A stretch of DNA of 64,000 bases from Candidatus Saccharimonadia bacterium. GTDB lineage: Bacteria > Patescibacteriota > Saccharimonadia > Saccharimonadales > JALRHH01. The notes below the pieces were generated by a model. That model searched no databases. It was not told the origin of the DNA and was given only the letters and a program-made list of their open reading frames with translations. Location: contig JALRHH010000002.1 in NCBI GenBank assembly GCA_023253175.1, positions 128,199-192,198 on the forward strand. Reading direction: 5' to 3'. Made by a program: the position numbers and the translations under genes. Positions 34,175 through 43,917 of this stretch are shown here, piece by piece. Position 1 is the first letter of the stretch. Each line of letters opens with the position of its first letter.

Positions 34175-35383
34175 CTACTTATGGTTATACACCGCAAATC
34201 GTTCTTTTGTTATACCCAGTGATGCAATCGCAGCTATGAAAAATGACAAAATCAGTACTGTCTGCAGACTCATCACCGTTGCAAGCAGTGCCAGAATGAA
34301 CCAAACCGTAGCCTTAACGATACTGCCGGCGCACTCCAAAGAAGCGATATAGGCAATCCTATGACCCGGTAAATCATCAGCTGCCGCATATAAACCTTTC
34401 ATAAACGGCATACGATAGCCAGACGTAACTGCTTCGTTAGCGATGTTCACCGCAAGAACACCCGGCACCGTACTAACCAGGGGCCTGAAACAGTGGATAA
34501 GTGCATTTAAGATCAAGTTGATTCTCATCACTGGGCGGGCTAAATACGTATCAGATACTCTGCCGATGAGTTTTGCAGACACAATGGCAATCAGCACGCC
34601 AAGCGCCGTCAAAAGCCCGAGCTGTGCATACACCGCACCTGATAACACAAAGATCGCAACATAAAATGGCCAAGTGTTTTGACACAGCGTGTTCTCTATG
34701 CCCAGACAAGCATTCGCAAAAATATCACGCTTAATCTTCTCAACAGGCAGTGTCTTGAAGCTTATTTTTTGATGTGTCTTGGTTGGCTCGCTTGTCATAA
34801 AGAGCGGCCATAGACTGAGTGCAAGGAGCAGCGAAGCTGTCATAAAGATGTACTCTGCCCCAAGAACCGACCCGACGACACCACCTACGAGCGGTCCAAG
34901 CATAAATCCAATCTTTTCAAAAATTTGCATATGACCCAGCTCTGCCCCGGCTTTTGGGGTGTGCTTTATCTTTGAGAAACTGACGTGATACGAGATAAAG
35001 AAGAAGCTCTGTGCAATGCCAAACGGTAGGGCAATCAACGCCACGTGCCAGTGCTGCTGCGGAACAGTCAAAAGTAATGAAGCGCTGATAATCTGAAAGA
35101 TATTACTTACAATCATTGAATGCTTTGGGCCAAACCGTGCAACAAAAAAGCCAGCAGTAATGTCAAAAACTGCACGAACCATAAAAAAGAGGCCGTAGAA
35201 ACTCAGTATTGCAGCCGGACTATAGCCATGCTGATACAGATAAAACGGGATAAACACGAAGAAAATCGTGAGCGCAACACTTCGCAGCATATTGCTGATA
35301 TACAGCTCACTTAATTCATCAAAACCGGCATCACGCCAGAAGTGGGACTTCCGCAGGAATGAATGGACTGCTCTTTTTAACAT
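34175..35383 (-). CDS. MFS transporter
   Basis: 402 aa with about 12 hydrophobic segments and MFS-like loop patterns. Confidence 0.75.
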   Translation of the reverse strand: MLKRAVHSFLRKSHFWRDAGFDELSELYISNMLRSVALTIFFVFIPFYLYQHGYSPAAILSFYGLFFMVRAVFDITAGFFVARFGPKHSMIVSNIFQIISASLLLTVPQQHWHVALIALPFGIAQSFFFISYHVSFSKIKHTPKAGAELGHMQIFEKIGFMLGPLVGGVVGSVLGAEYIFMTASLLLALSLWPLFMTSEPTKTHQKISFKTLPVEKIKRDIFANACLGIENTLCQNTWPFYVAIFVLSGAVYAQLGLLTALGVLIAIVSAKLIGRVSDTYLARPVMRINLILNALIHCFRPLVSTVPGVLAVNIANEAVTSGYRMPFMKGLYAAADDLPGHRIAYIASLECAGSIVKATVWFILALLATVMSLQTVLILSFFIAAIASLGITKERFAVYNHK

Positions 35384-35459
35384 TTCTTTATTTTGTTTAC
35401 GTTTACTTCAGTGTACAACAAAACACTGCCCTGGACTAGGATTCGGTTATACTACGTAC

Positions 35460-36749
35460 ATGCATATTTACTTCTCAGGAATTGGCGGGGCTGGCATTGG
35501 ACCACTCGCACTCGTCGCAAAGCAAGCTGGATACGAAGTGTCAGGCTCGGATAAACAAATGTCGAGCTACATTGAATACTTGCAGGGTCAGGATGTTACT
35601 AATATTCATATCGGTCAAACTACTGAGGATATTGCGAGTGTTAACGAACGAAATCCAATTGACTGGCTGGTGTACAGCTCGGCACTACCGATGGAAAATC
35701 CAAACCATCCAGAACTGGTGTACGCGCGTGAAAATGGCATTAAGGCAACCAAGCGTGACGAATTTATCACCCAGTTCCTGAAGGATACGGGCTTGAAGAT
35801 GATCGCTATCGCCGGAACGCACGGAAAAACCACTACCACCGCTATGACGGTATGGCTCATGCAGGAGCTTGGGCTGCCGATCAGTTATCTACTGCCCGCC
35901 AAGACTTCTTTCGCGAGTCTCGGTGCCTATGACTCCAGTTCAGAGTATTTTGTCTATGAATGTGATGAATACGACCGCAACTTCTTGGCATATTCGCCTG
36001 CCCTAAGCCTTATTACAGGTATCGATTGGGACCATCCTGATATTTACCCTACCCGAGAAGAATACAATAAAGCATTCCAGGATTTTATTAGCCAATCCGC
36101 CTACACTTACATATGGCAACCCGATGCCGAACGCGCCGGCATCACGGAATCAAGCAGTTGTTCCATCATGCATATTGAAGATTATCCTGGTAGCACCCTG
36201 CCAGGTGAGGTTAATCGCCAGAATGCAGCCTTGGTTGCCCAAGGAGTGCTCGATATTACCAAGCAGGATGATATTACTGCCTTGTTTGATATCCTGAACC
36301 GTTTTCCAGGTGTTTCAAGACGATTTGAGCAGATTATACCTGGACTATACACCGACTACGCCCATACGCCGCCAAAAGTCGCTGGGGCCCTCCAGCTGGG
36401 CAAAGAAGTTGCGGGTGATCGGCTTGTCGTTGTCTACGAAGGCCTACACAACACCCGTCAGCACTTTATCAAAGATGAACTAAAGCACTTATTTGATGAC
36501 ATACAAAGACTCTATATCGTACCAAGCTATCTTGCACGTGAGGATGAGTCGCTACCGCTCTTATCACCTGCGGACCTTAAGAGCCTCTTGTCCGAAGAAG
36601 CCCAGAGATTTACCGTCCCAAGCCAACTTGATGAAAATTTTGAGAATGCGCTACGAGAACATATAGAGTTTGGTGATACCGTGCTCTGCCTCACTGCCGG
36701 TGGTGGTGGTAGCCTCGATGAGTGGCTCCGCAAAACCTTTTCTAATTAG
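35460..36749 (+). CDS. murC: Mur ligase family, UDP-N-acetylmuramate--L-alanine ligase-like (MurC/Mpl)
   Basis: N-terminal HIYFSGIGGAGIGPLA and ATP-binding IAGTHGKTTTTAM. Start placed at MHIYF (35460). The track extension overlaps the divergent MFS gene. Confidence 0.75.
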   Translation: MHIYFSGIGGAGIGPLALVAKQAGYEVSGSDKQMSSYIEYLQGQDVTNIHIGQTTEDIASVNERNPIDWLVYSSALPMENPNHPELVYARENGIKATKRDEFITQFLKDTGLKMIAIAGTHGKTTTTAMTVWLMQELGLPISYLLPAKTSFASLGAYDSSSEYFVYECDEYDRNFLAYSPALSLITGIDWDHPDIYPTREEYNKAFQDFISQSAYTYIWQPDAERAGITESSSCSIMHIEDYPGSTLPGEVNRQNAALVAQGVLDITKQDDITALFDILNRFPGVSRRFEQIIPGLYTDYAHTPPKVAGALQLGKEVAGDRLVVVYEGLHNTRQHFIKDELKHLFDDIQRLYIVPSYLAREDESLPLLSPADLKSLLSEEAQRFTVPSQLDENFENALREHIEFGDTVLCLTAGGGGSLDEWLRKTFSN

Positions 36750-37078
36750 CGATTATCACCTGAGCCCTTTTGAACTCCACGCTCCTTACGGCTTGCTAGC
36801 TTATCAAGATTTAGCTGCGCAATGTCTTCTAGTTTCAACCCTAAGCTCTCAGCGAACAGAGCAATATACCAAAGCACATCGCCGAGCTCTTTTTTCAGCT
36901 CTTCAATATCTTCGCTTGTTATGACACCATCGCGATAGGCGACAAGCTTTTTCCATTTTTCAACAACTTCACCTGCTTCCCCGACAATACCAAGTACCCA
37001 AATAGTCTTATCCATCAAATCATCAGGATGATTAAGCGCAGTTGTTAGCGCTTTGTTCTGATAGTCATTAAATTGCAT
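36746..37078 (-). CDS. MazG-like nucleotide pyrophosphohydrolase (single-domain)
   Basis: GEAGEVVEKWKK ... ELGDVLWYIA motifs. Start placed at MQFNDYQ (37078). Confidence 0.8.
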   Translation of the reverse strand: MQFNDYQNKALTTALNHPDDLMDKTIWVLGIVGEAGEVVEKWKKLVAYRDGVITSEDIEELKKELGDVLWYIALFAESLGLKLEDIAQLNLDKLASRKERGVQKGSGDNR

Positions 37079-37652
37079 GTGTGTCCACCTCTCCTGATTT
37101 AGTAATAATAGCTGCACCCTGCCTGAGCACTTCTATGGTGTCGTCAACCACTCTGATAATCGTTGACGGCTCTCTGCCTGATAGATCACCACCATCTTGA
37201 TAAAAATCAACGGTGTCAGAGAAATAATGCTTTGCTTCATTAATGTTTACGGCTGGAGTTTCGCCTGGCTGGTTGGCACTACTTGTCAGGAGTGGACCTG
37301 TTTGGAGTAGTACATCCCTAAACTGTTCATCACCTGGCACACGAACTGCGATTGAACCCTTTCCTTGATGAAGGTATGGCAATTTTAGCCCGAGTGGGAT
37401 GACGATACTAATTGCCCCAGGCCAATAATCCTGGACAGCAACAAGATAGCGCCTGGGAATACCAAGCTCGACTAACTGATCTACGCTTGCGGCAACAAGC
37501 GTCCCGGGTTTCATTTCACGGGATTTTAGTTGATAGAGTCGCTGCACAGATTGCTCCTTAGCGGCGCTACAAACTAATCCGTACACAGTATCTGTTGGCA
37601 AGACGCCAACCGCGCCGTGTTTAATCGCTTCTATGACTTCGGTATTATTCAT
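37068..37652 (-). CDS. tsaC: L-threonylcarbamoyladenylate synthase (TsaC/YrdC/Sua5 family)
   Basis: VLPTDTVYGLVC and SIAVRVP...LLTSSANQPGE motifs. Confidence 0.85.
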   Translation of the reverse strand: MNNTEVIEAIKHGAVGVLPTDTVYGLVCSAAKEQSVQRLYQLKSREMKPGTLVAASVDQLVELGIPRRYLVAVQDYWPGAISIVIPLGLKLPYLHQGKGSIAVRVPGDEQFRDVLLQTGPLLTSSANQPGETPAVNINEAKHYFSDTVDFYQDGGDLSGREPSTIIRVVDDTIEVLRQGAAIITKSGEVDTHAI

Positions 37653-37676
37653 ACCAAACTAGTATATCAGCGCTGG

Positions 37677-38198
37677 CTATAAACCGAGTGTTGTATCACT
37701 CACGGCATTGTCGTTGTAATCAGCCGTGTCGTCAATCGTCTTCAAGCTATCGTCAATGGCAGCATTGGTACTGTCGACATCATCTGTCGTAGCTTTAGAA
37801 GCGGCTGCTGGTTGCTGGCTCGCTTGGGGTGCTGTAGTGGTATCCCTTGGCTCTTGACTCCCTAGAAAGGCATAGACAGCAAGCGCAGCAAAAGTGCCTG
37901 CTACCACTACTGCACATACAACCGCCAGAATTGGGGTACGATGCTTTTGCTTCGGCTGCGCAACAGCTGCAAGAACTGGGGCTTCAGGAACAGCAGCTTC
38001 ATTACTCGTCTCTACGTCTTGATCCCGTGGTGCTTCTTGCACCTCATTTACCTCTGTTGGTGGTGCATTCACCTCTTCAACTGACTGTACTGAGACAGGC
38101 TGAGATACTTGAGCATCAGATTGTGGCACCTGTTCGGGCTGCTTAGGAGGCTGAATGTCCATAACTTGATTTGGCTTTGGAGTGTTGTTTTCTTCCAT
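37677..38198 (-). CDS. Hypothetical Pro/Gln/Glu-rich membrane protein
   Basis: Low-complexity N-terminal region with one TM (ILAVVCAVVVAGTFAALAVYAF). The upstream gene's stop overlaps this gene's ATG (TAATG). Confidence 0.5.
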   Translation of the reverse strand: MEENNTPKPNQVMDIQPPKQPEQVPQSDAQVSQPVSVQSVEEVNAPPTEVNEVQEAPRDQDVETSNEAAVPEAPVLAAVAQPKQKHRTPILAVVCAVVVAGTFAALAVYAFLGSQEPRDTTTAPQASQQPAAASKATTDDVDSTNAAIDDSLKTIDDTADYNDNAVSDTTLGL

Positions 38199-38854
38199 TA
38201 TTCTGCCTTTGCCTCTGCTAATTTAGTTTTGGCTGCAACTAATGCTGGCTTGACCTTTTGGTTGGTAATGGTGCGGATATTTGTAGCATCACTGCGAACT
38301 TTCTGAAGAGCAGTTCGTGCGCTTGTTAGTGAAGCCTGAAACGCAACCGAGTCGGCCTGACAGTCTAGCTCGGCCGCATCTTTCACTGCCTGCTCATAAG
38401 CACTACTGTTTGTTTTAAACGATTCGATTGCAGCCTTAAGCTCTGTTACAGTGGCATCAATTTGAGCTGTGTCAACGTTGGCTGCGGTTAGCTTTGGCTG
38501 GAGTTCAGCAATTCGATCAAGCAGCTTAGTGTAAATCTTTTCTCGATTTTGTTGTACAGCGGCAGTCCTCTGCGTTACTGACTGCAGCTTACCCTGTGCG
38601 TTCTTACACCTGTTTTGGAGCCTTGTCTGCTGCGCATTTGTGAGTTTCGTTTTAAGTTCTGCTTTGCGCTTTTCAATGCGGTCTTTCATAGCAGACTGAG
38701 TGGTTGTATTTGTCGTTGTTTGTTGCGTTACCGGGGTCGGCTCTGCAGTTTGTGTCTCCGCGTCCTCGCTAACTTGAGCGTACACCGGCACGGTGAATGC
38801 AAGCACAGCTACAAAAGCAGCTGCACCTACTGGTAAAAATTTCAATGTCTTCAT
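38198..38854 (-). CDS. Hypothetical secreted coiled-coil protein
   Basis: Signal-peptide-like N-terminus (MKTLKFLPVGAAAFVAVLAFTVPVYA), then helical heptad-rich sequence. Confidence 0.55.
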   Translation of the reverse strand: MKTLKFLPVGAAAFVAVLAFTVPVYAQVSEDAETQTAEPTPVTQQTTTNTTTQSAMKDRIEKRKAELKTKLTNAQQTRLQNRCKNAQGKLQSVTQRTAAVQQNREKIYTKLLDRIAELQPKLTAANVDTAQIDATVTELKAAIESFKTNSSAYEQAVKDAAELDCQADSVAFQASLTSARTALQKVRSDATNIRTITNQKVKPALVAAKTKLAEAKAE

Positions 38855-38884
38855 AATAGCTAAATTGTACCATAAGCGGTAAAG

Positions 38885-39697
38885 CTAAAGATGCAGTATA
38901 TTACCAGAACGACCAACCAAACCTTCTGTAGTTAAGTCAGATAAAACCGCTTCAAAACGATCGTCTGCAATTTCTTGTTTTACTGATTCATAGTCGTGTG
39001 GACCCGCAGTAAGAAGTTTAATAACCCTTCCTCTTATCTGCCGCTTGGACCCCTCAAATTTAGATTGCTTAACATAATGAGTGCTGTATCTTGAGCCATT
39101 ACCAACTGTTTTCTTTAGGAATGTGCCGTAATCCATAAGGGCCCAGTACCACTCCCTGGGATGCTCGTGATCAACGGTATCTACAATGAACGGTAATAAT
39201 TCTTTATCATGAACAGCCTCAGCGCCTTGGAAAAAGTGATGAATATAGACCGTTCTAATATTTGTTTCGACAAACGTTACAGGTTGGTTATAGGCATACG
39301 CAAGCACGGCACGTGCCGTGTTCACCCCAACGCCAGGCAATGACGTGAGCTCCGAATCGGATGCTGGTACCTGGCCGTCAAAATCATTCACGACGGTCTG
39401 AGCAGCCTGCCACAAAAACTTGGCGCGCCGGTTGTAGCCCAGACCACTCCACTGCAGTAGCACCGCTTCAAGTGGAGCTGCAGCTAGCGACTGTACGTCA
39501 GGAAAAACACGCAGGAAATCTAGGTACTTAGGAATAACCCGTTGAGCTTGAGTTTGCTGCAGCATTATTTCACTAACCAAAATTTTGTAAGGATCTATTT
39601 GGTCGTTACCATCGACATGTCTCCACGGTAAATCCCTACTGTTCTTGTGATAGAAATCCCAGACTATCTCGATAAATTCGCGCAATTGGTCGTTCAT
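38885..39697 (-). CDS. HhH-GPD DNA glycosylase, MutY/Nth-like, apparently without Fe-S cluster loop
   Basis: PYKILVSEIMLQQTQAQRV, the HhH LPGVGVNTARAVL, and a catalytic-Asp region. The Cx6Cx2Cx5C motif is absent, with no Cys in the C-terminal half. Confidence 0.75.
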   Translation of the reverse strand: MNDQLREFIEIVWDFYHKNSRDLPWRHVDGNDQIDPYKILVSEIMLQQTQAQRVIPKYLDFLRVFPDVQSLAAAPLEAVLLQWSGLGYNRRAKFLWQAAQTVVNDFDGQVPASDSELTSLPGVGVNTARAVLAYAYNQPVTFVETNIRTVYIHHFFQGAEAVHDKELLPFIVDTVDHEHPREWYWALMDYGTFLKKTVGNGSRYSTHYVKQSKFEGSKRQIRGRVIKLLTAGPHDYESVKQEIADDRFEAVLSDLTTEGLVGRSGNILHL

Positions 39698-39732
39698 GAG
39701 ATCTTATTGTAACAGCGTACAGCAGGGAGATT

Positions 39733-41931
39733 CTAGTAAGACCAAGCCTCGATGCCATCGCTATTTGTAACATCAACGATCTTATGGCTCGTACCACCAG
39801 TCACCGACAGTACATAGTCTGCCGTCTCTTTAGCAGAACTGACCCTATAGACAATGGTTGTCTCGTTAATCCAGCGCACCGGACCGCGCAAGCCGGATTC
39901 AGACAAGACTACGTTATCTGACTTTTTCGTTTGGTCATAAAGCATAAGCGTGCCCTTGCCATCATGGTTATCAATCCAAATACTGTACTTGCTATCAGGG
40001 CTATCGGTGTAAAGTCTTGATGTTGTATCAGTTGGTTGTCCAGAAAGCTTCTCTGGCTCGTTTTTACCAGCAGTTAAGCGGTACCATTCTTGCTGCACCG
40101 CAATAGCCAACGTATCATGACCAGTTCTAAACATGTTCCAAGCTTCCTTATCAAGGATAGCGTCTTTACCACTACCATCTGCATGAACGGCGAATACACC
40201 ATTATTGATACCATTTTGATATGCACTCGATGGTGCGTAGAATATTTTGCCGCTCATCGGGATAACACTATTGAAGTAGTTTGCGGCGGCAAGTTGGCGA
40301 TTGTCACCAGAGGTAAAGTCATAGCTCATGAGCTTGTACCTCGACGTGCTGTCTTGTGCGGCCGAATCATCCAACATAACATACACGAGCCGTGTACCGA
40401 TCCATTCAATTGGCTTGAGCTGCGATGAACTCGTGACCGTTTTGGTGATACTGTCTTTGAGGTTAACGTACGTTAATGCCTGCTTGAGTGTTCCGTCTGC
40501 GCCGTAGCTTCCATCCCTTGTTGATAACAGTACTGCGGCGCTGTGTGTTGGGTGCTGAATAAGCGTGATATTGTTCGATTCCTTGCCACTACCCTTTAGA
40601 ACCAAAGACTCATTTTTACCATCAACGTCTGTCTTGTAGACGTCGTAGGTACCGGTACGCTTTGATACGAAGGCCACCTGACGTGACGGCGTCATGGTGA
40701 CGGTTGCCGGCTCCTTGTTCGAAAGCTTGAGCTTGAGCTCTTGCTTGCGGTAATCCTGGGCGGTAAATACCACCGTAACCTCATCAGCCTCGACTTTATC
40801 AAGGGCAAGCTTGATTTCACCTTTTTCATTGGCGGTTGCGGTAAACTCACCAACTGCGGCTTCAACTTCAGTTATTGGCTTGCCTGAAAAGACATCATTA
40901 ACCTGGAATGTGTACTGAACGCCCTGCGGCTTTAATGTGACATCCTTGAGCGGATTGCTGCCCCAACCGACGGTTACTTTTTGTCTTTCGGTTGCGTATG
41001 CTCGCTTCTCAATGACAATCTCGCTTGGGCCAAGTGCTAGATTACTCAGACTTGCCTTGCCATTTTCGTCAGAAGAAACTGTTTGACCAGCCAAGCTTAC
41101 CTTTACATTCTTAAGTGGCCTGAGGGTACTCTGATCCGTAATGACCACTGATGCAGTACTCTTCACACCTGCTTTGTTAAGCAGTAGGTAGCGGGTCTTT
41201 GGATATGCGCCCACAAAGATTAGTCCGATCACGATGATCGCGAATAAGGTCCAGCGGAACGATGGGCTCCGAAGGATGAGGCTCAGGAGACTGGGCGAAT
41301 CTTTTTTAGGCCTGTTTGGCGTGCGATCCGGCAAGGGCGCACTGTCCTGAACGGCAAGCAGCTCATCACCTTCCTGGGCAATAATATCTGAAACTGCTTT
41401 ATTGGTAGCCTCCGACTCTATCTCTGGCTCGAGCGGTGACGAACGCTCCATGAGCTCGCCAACCGTAGCGCTAGTGTCTACTTCCTGAATCGCTTCTGAT
41501 GCCTGAGCCTCAGATTCAACGGCTTTTAGTTCGCTAACTGGTTCTTCGGTTTTTTCGGGCTCAGCTAGTGTTTCAGCTGATTCCTCAGGAACAGCCTCTT
41601 CATCATCATGATGCACAACAGTAAGTTTTATGGGTGCCTTTTTAGTCTTTTGACTAGGTACTAACGGAGCGGTACCCACTTCGCGGGCGAGCTGCTCATT
41701 GGCGGCATCAATCGCTGCTGCAAGCTCAGCATCATTTACTTCTTCTTTTGCAGCTTCAACAGGTGCATCATCGGCATGTGTAATTGCGATTGATTTTGAT
41801 TTTTTGACTGGCTCTTTTGATGCCTCAACTTTTGGTTCATCAGGCGCGTTAATATCCATCATATCGTGGACATGTTGTTCGAGTGCCGCTTCTTCGGGAC
41901 TCTGTAAATCTGGTTTTCTTTCTTTGGCCAT
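39733..41931 (-). CDS. Large hypothetical envelope protein: acidic N-terminal region, one TM, beta-sandwich repeats, beta-propeller-like C-terminus
   Basis: TM WTLFAIIVIGLIFVGAY, two CarboxypepD_reg-like segments (VKVSLAGQTVSSDENGKASL..., ATANEKGEIKL...), and TolB/PD40-like repeats towards the C-terminus. Confidence 0.6.
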   Translation of the reverse strand: MAKERKPDLQSPEEAALEQHVHDMMDINAPDEPKVEASKEPVKKSKSIAITHADDAPVEAAKEEVNDAELAAAIDAANEQLAREVGTAPLVPSQKTKKAPIKLTVVHHDDEEAVPEESAETLAEPEKTEEPVSELKAVESEAQASEAIQEVDTSATVGELMERSSPLEPEIESEATNKAVSDIIAQEGDELLAVQDSAPLPDRTPNRPKKDSPSLLSLILRSPSFRWTLFAIIVIGLIFVGAYPKTRYLLLNKAGVKSTASVVITDQSTLRPLKNVKVSLAGQTVSSDENGKASLSNLALGPSEIVIEKRAYATERQKVTVGWGSNPLKDVTLKPQGVQYTFQVNDVFSGKPITEVEAAVGEFTATANEKGEIKLALDKVEADEVTVVFTAQDYRKQELKLKLSNKEPATVTMTPSRQVAFVSKRTGTYDVYKTDVDGKNESLVLKGSGKESNNITLIQHPTHSAAVLLSTRDGSYGADGTLKQALTYVNLKDSITKTVTSSSQLKPIEWIGTRLVYVMLDDSAAQDSTSRYKLMSYDFTSGDNRQLAAANYFNSVIPMSGKIFYAPSSAYQNGINNGVFAVHADGSGKDAILDKEAWNMFRTGHDTLAIAVQQEWYRLTAGKNEPEKLSGQPTDTTSRLYTDSPDSKYSIWIDNHDGKGTLMLYDQTKKSDNVVLSESGLRGPVRWINETTIVYRVSSAKETADYVLSVTGGTSHKIVDVTNSDGIEAWSY

Positions 41932-41977
41932 ATTTCTGTGTATAAACGCTTATGCTATTTGCACACAGTGTACCACG

Positions 41978-42409
41978 TTAGCGCTTCGCTTGTCGCTTGC
42001 GCCGCGATGTTTTTTTACCTGTTGGCTTTGGTTTTGCTGTAGGCTTTTTAGGTTTCTCAGTGGCAGCCGGTTCTGACTCCTCGACAACCTCTTGGACGGT
42101 ATCCCAGACCTGATTACGAATTCTGATCCATAGTACTATCGCAACAACCACTGCAAATACGAATGCAAATGGAACGATCCAATCTGTAGGTGATGTGCCT
42201 GGGCTATATGTTTGAGATTTGATACTCGGATCGGTCTGAGCTGACTGTACCCGCAGTCCGGTGCTCGGTGCGTTTTGGCTCAGTGTCGTGAAGACATTTG
42301 ATGACGTAGCCGGGCTGCCACTTTGTTGAAGATTAGAACTATTCTGCTGAAGGCCGCCGCCAACTTGTTGCTGCAGCGAAGTCTGTCCCGAAGTAAGTTG
42401 ATCTTGCAT
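41978..42409 (-). CDS. Hypothetical low-complexity membrane protein
   Basis: Gln/Ser-rich N-terminus, one TM, Lys-rich C-terminal tail. Confidence 0.5.
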   Translation of the reverse strand: MQDQLTSGQTSLQQQVGGGLQQNSSNLQQSGSPATSSNVFTTLSQNAPSTGLRVQSAQTDPSIKSQTYSPGTSPTDWIVPFAFVFAVVVAIVLWIRIRNQVWDTVQEVVEESEPAATEKPKKPTAKPKPTGKKTSRRKRQAKR

Positions 42410-42470
42410 ATATAAAAGTATTACAGGTTTGGCAGTTCATGCAAAGCCGAATCTAGGCTAGACTAACAAT

Positions 42471-43103
42471 ATGAGCAATGACTGGCAAACTACCCTTCGG
42501 AATGCAGAAGACGCCCTTTCAAGGGTGGATCCGGTCATAGCGTCGCTCATCACCATACATGGGCCCTGCCAGCTGTCACCACATACCGATTACTACCAGC
42601 AGCTCGTTCGTTCAATTATTGGCCAGCAGCTGTCCGTGAAAGCAGCCGCCACGATATATAATCGCTTTCTGGACTTATTCGATGGCAGTATGCCAACACC
42701 AGAACAAATCATTACGACAAGCGCAGAGGAGTTTCGTGCCATCGGTTGCAGCTATTCAAAGGCTAGTTATATCCATGACCTTGCCCTACATATATTGGAT
42801 GGGCGACTTGATTTAGCTCACATTGCCACACTTCAAAACGAAGAAATTATCAGACAGCTTGTTGCAGTCAAAGGCATCGGCGAATGGTCTGCGCACATGT
42901 TCATGATGTTTAGCCTCGGCCGCCTAGACATCCTACCCACAGGTGACCTTGGCATCAGAAAAGCAATGATGATTCAGTATGAACTCGCTGAGCTTCCAAA
43001 ACCTGCCGAGATGCTAGGATTAGCGCTCGAACATGGATGGTCACCGTATCAGTCCGTTGCGAGCTGGTACTTATGGCGCAGCTTGGACAACGAGCCGGCA
43101 TAG
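42471..43103 (+). CDS. DNA-3-methyladenine glycosylase II-like (AlkA, HhH-GPD)
   Basis: IIGQQLSVKAAATIYNRF, the HhH VKGIGEWSAHMFMMF, and catalytic D in PTGDLGIRKA. Confidence 0.8.
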   Translation: MSNDWQTTLRNAEDALSRVDPVIASLITIHGPCQLSPHTDYYQQLVRSIIGQQLSVKAAATIYNRFLDLFDGSMPTPEQIITTSAEEFRAIGCSYSKASYIHDLALHILDGRLDLAHIATLQNEEIIRQLVAVKGIGEWSAHMFMMFSLGRLDILPTGDLGIRKAMMIQYELAELPKPAEMLGLALEHGWSPYQSVASWYLWRSLDNEPA

Positions 43104-43119
43104 CGGTATCATAACGGTA

Positions 43120-43785
43120 ATGTTTATATCAAAACTCCCGCATGTAACCAGAAGCGAACTATTCTTAGCTCAGCTTGTGCTGTACATTGCTGTCGGACTA
43201 CAGGTTACGACCTGGGTAACAAGCGGTGATCTTTCATACGGCCCACACCCTTTGATCATTATCAGTGAATTGGTGCTTGTAACCGTTCTGGGTCTCAGTG
43301 CCCGGCACCCAGAAACACTCAAACGATCAACATACCGCACCTTGTCCTTCGCAATGCTTGGCCTTATTTCTGTCGAGAACATTAGCTCCATGATCATCGT
43401 TCTTCGACTACTGATTACAGAGGCTGATATTATTAGCGGCTATAACCTACTCGCCTCCGCACTGGCTATATTCCTCACTAACATCATCGTGTTCTCGTTG
43501 TGGTACTGGGAGATAGACAGTCCGGGCCTTTCTGGAAAAAAATGGTCAAAACACGACAAAGATTTTCAGTTTACGCAGCAGGACCACCCGACAGAATTCA
43601 AAAACTGGCAGCCTTCATTTCCTGACTATCTCTATCTTTCTGTAACAAATGCAATCAACTTTGCCGCGGCCGACGCGCGGCCAATCACCCATCAGGCGAA
43701 GCTACTCATGGGTATTCAAGCACTCGTTTCTTTAGCGACACTTGCACTCGTTATTGCCCGTTCTGTCAGTATTCTTGGCCAATAA
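43120..43785 (+). CDS. Hypothetical polytopic membrane protein (DUF1345-like)
   Basis: About 5 TM segments. The FPDYLYLSVTNAINFAAADA segment is reminiscent of DUF1345, recalled from memory. Start placed at MFISK (43120). Confidence 0.5.
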   Translation: MFISKLPHVTRSELFLAQLVLYIAVGLQVTTWVTSGDLSYGPHPLIIISELVLVTVLGLSARHPETLKRSTYRTLSFAMLGLISVENISSMIIVLRLLITEADIISGYNLLASALAIFLTNIIVFSLWYWEIDSPGLSGKKWSKHDKDFQFTQQDHPTEFKNWQPSFPDYLYLSVTNAINFAAADARPITHQAKLLMGIQALVSLATLALVIARSVSILGQ

Positions 43786-43917
43786 TCATTTCTGTGATTC
43801 AATAAGGTTAATGTAGCGTCATCAACGGATATGCACTTTGGCCGTATCAAGTGAACAACATATTCCAAGACAACCATGCTACGAACGGCTCTTTACAACG
43901 TAATAAGGAGTCATCTT

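Noticed and set aside
35268-35459. 64-codon N-terminal extension of the Mur ligase gene
   Set aside because: The extension overlaps the divergent MFS gene start. The homology-consistent start is MHIYFSGIGGAG at 35460.
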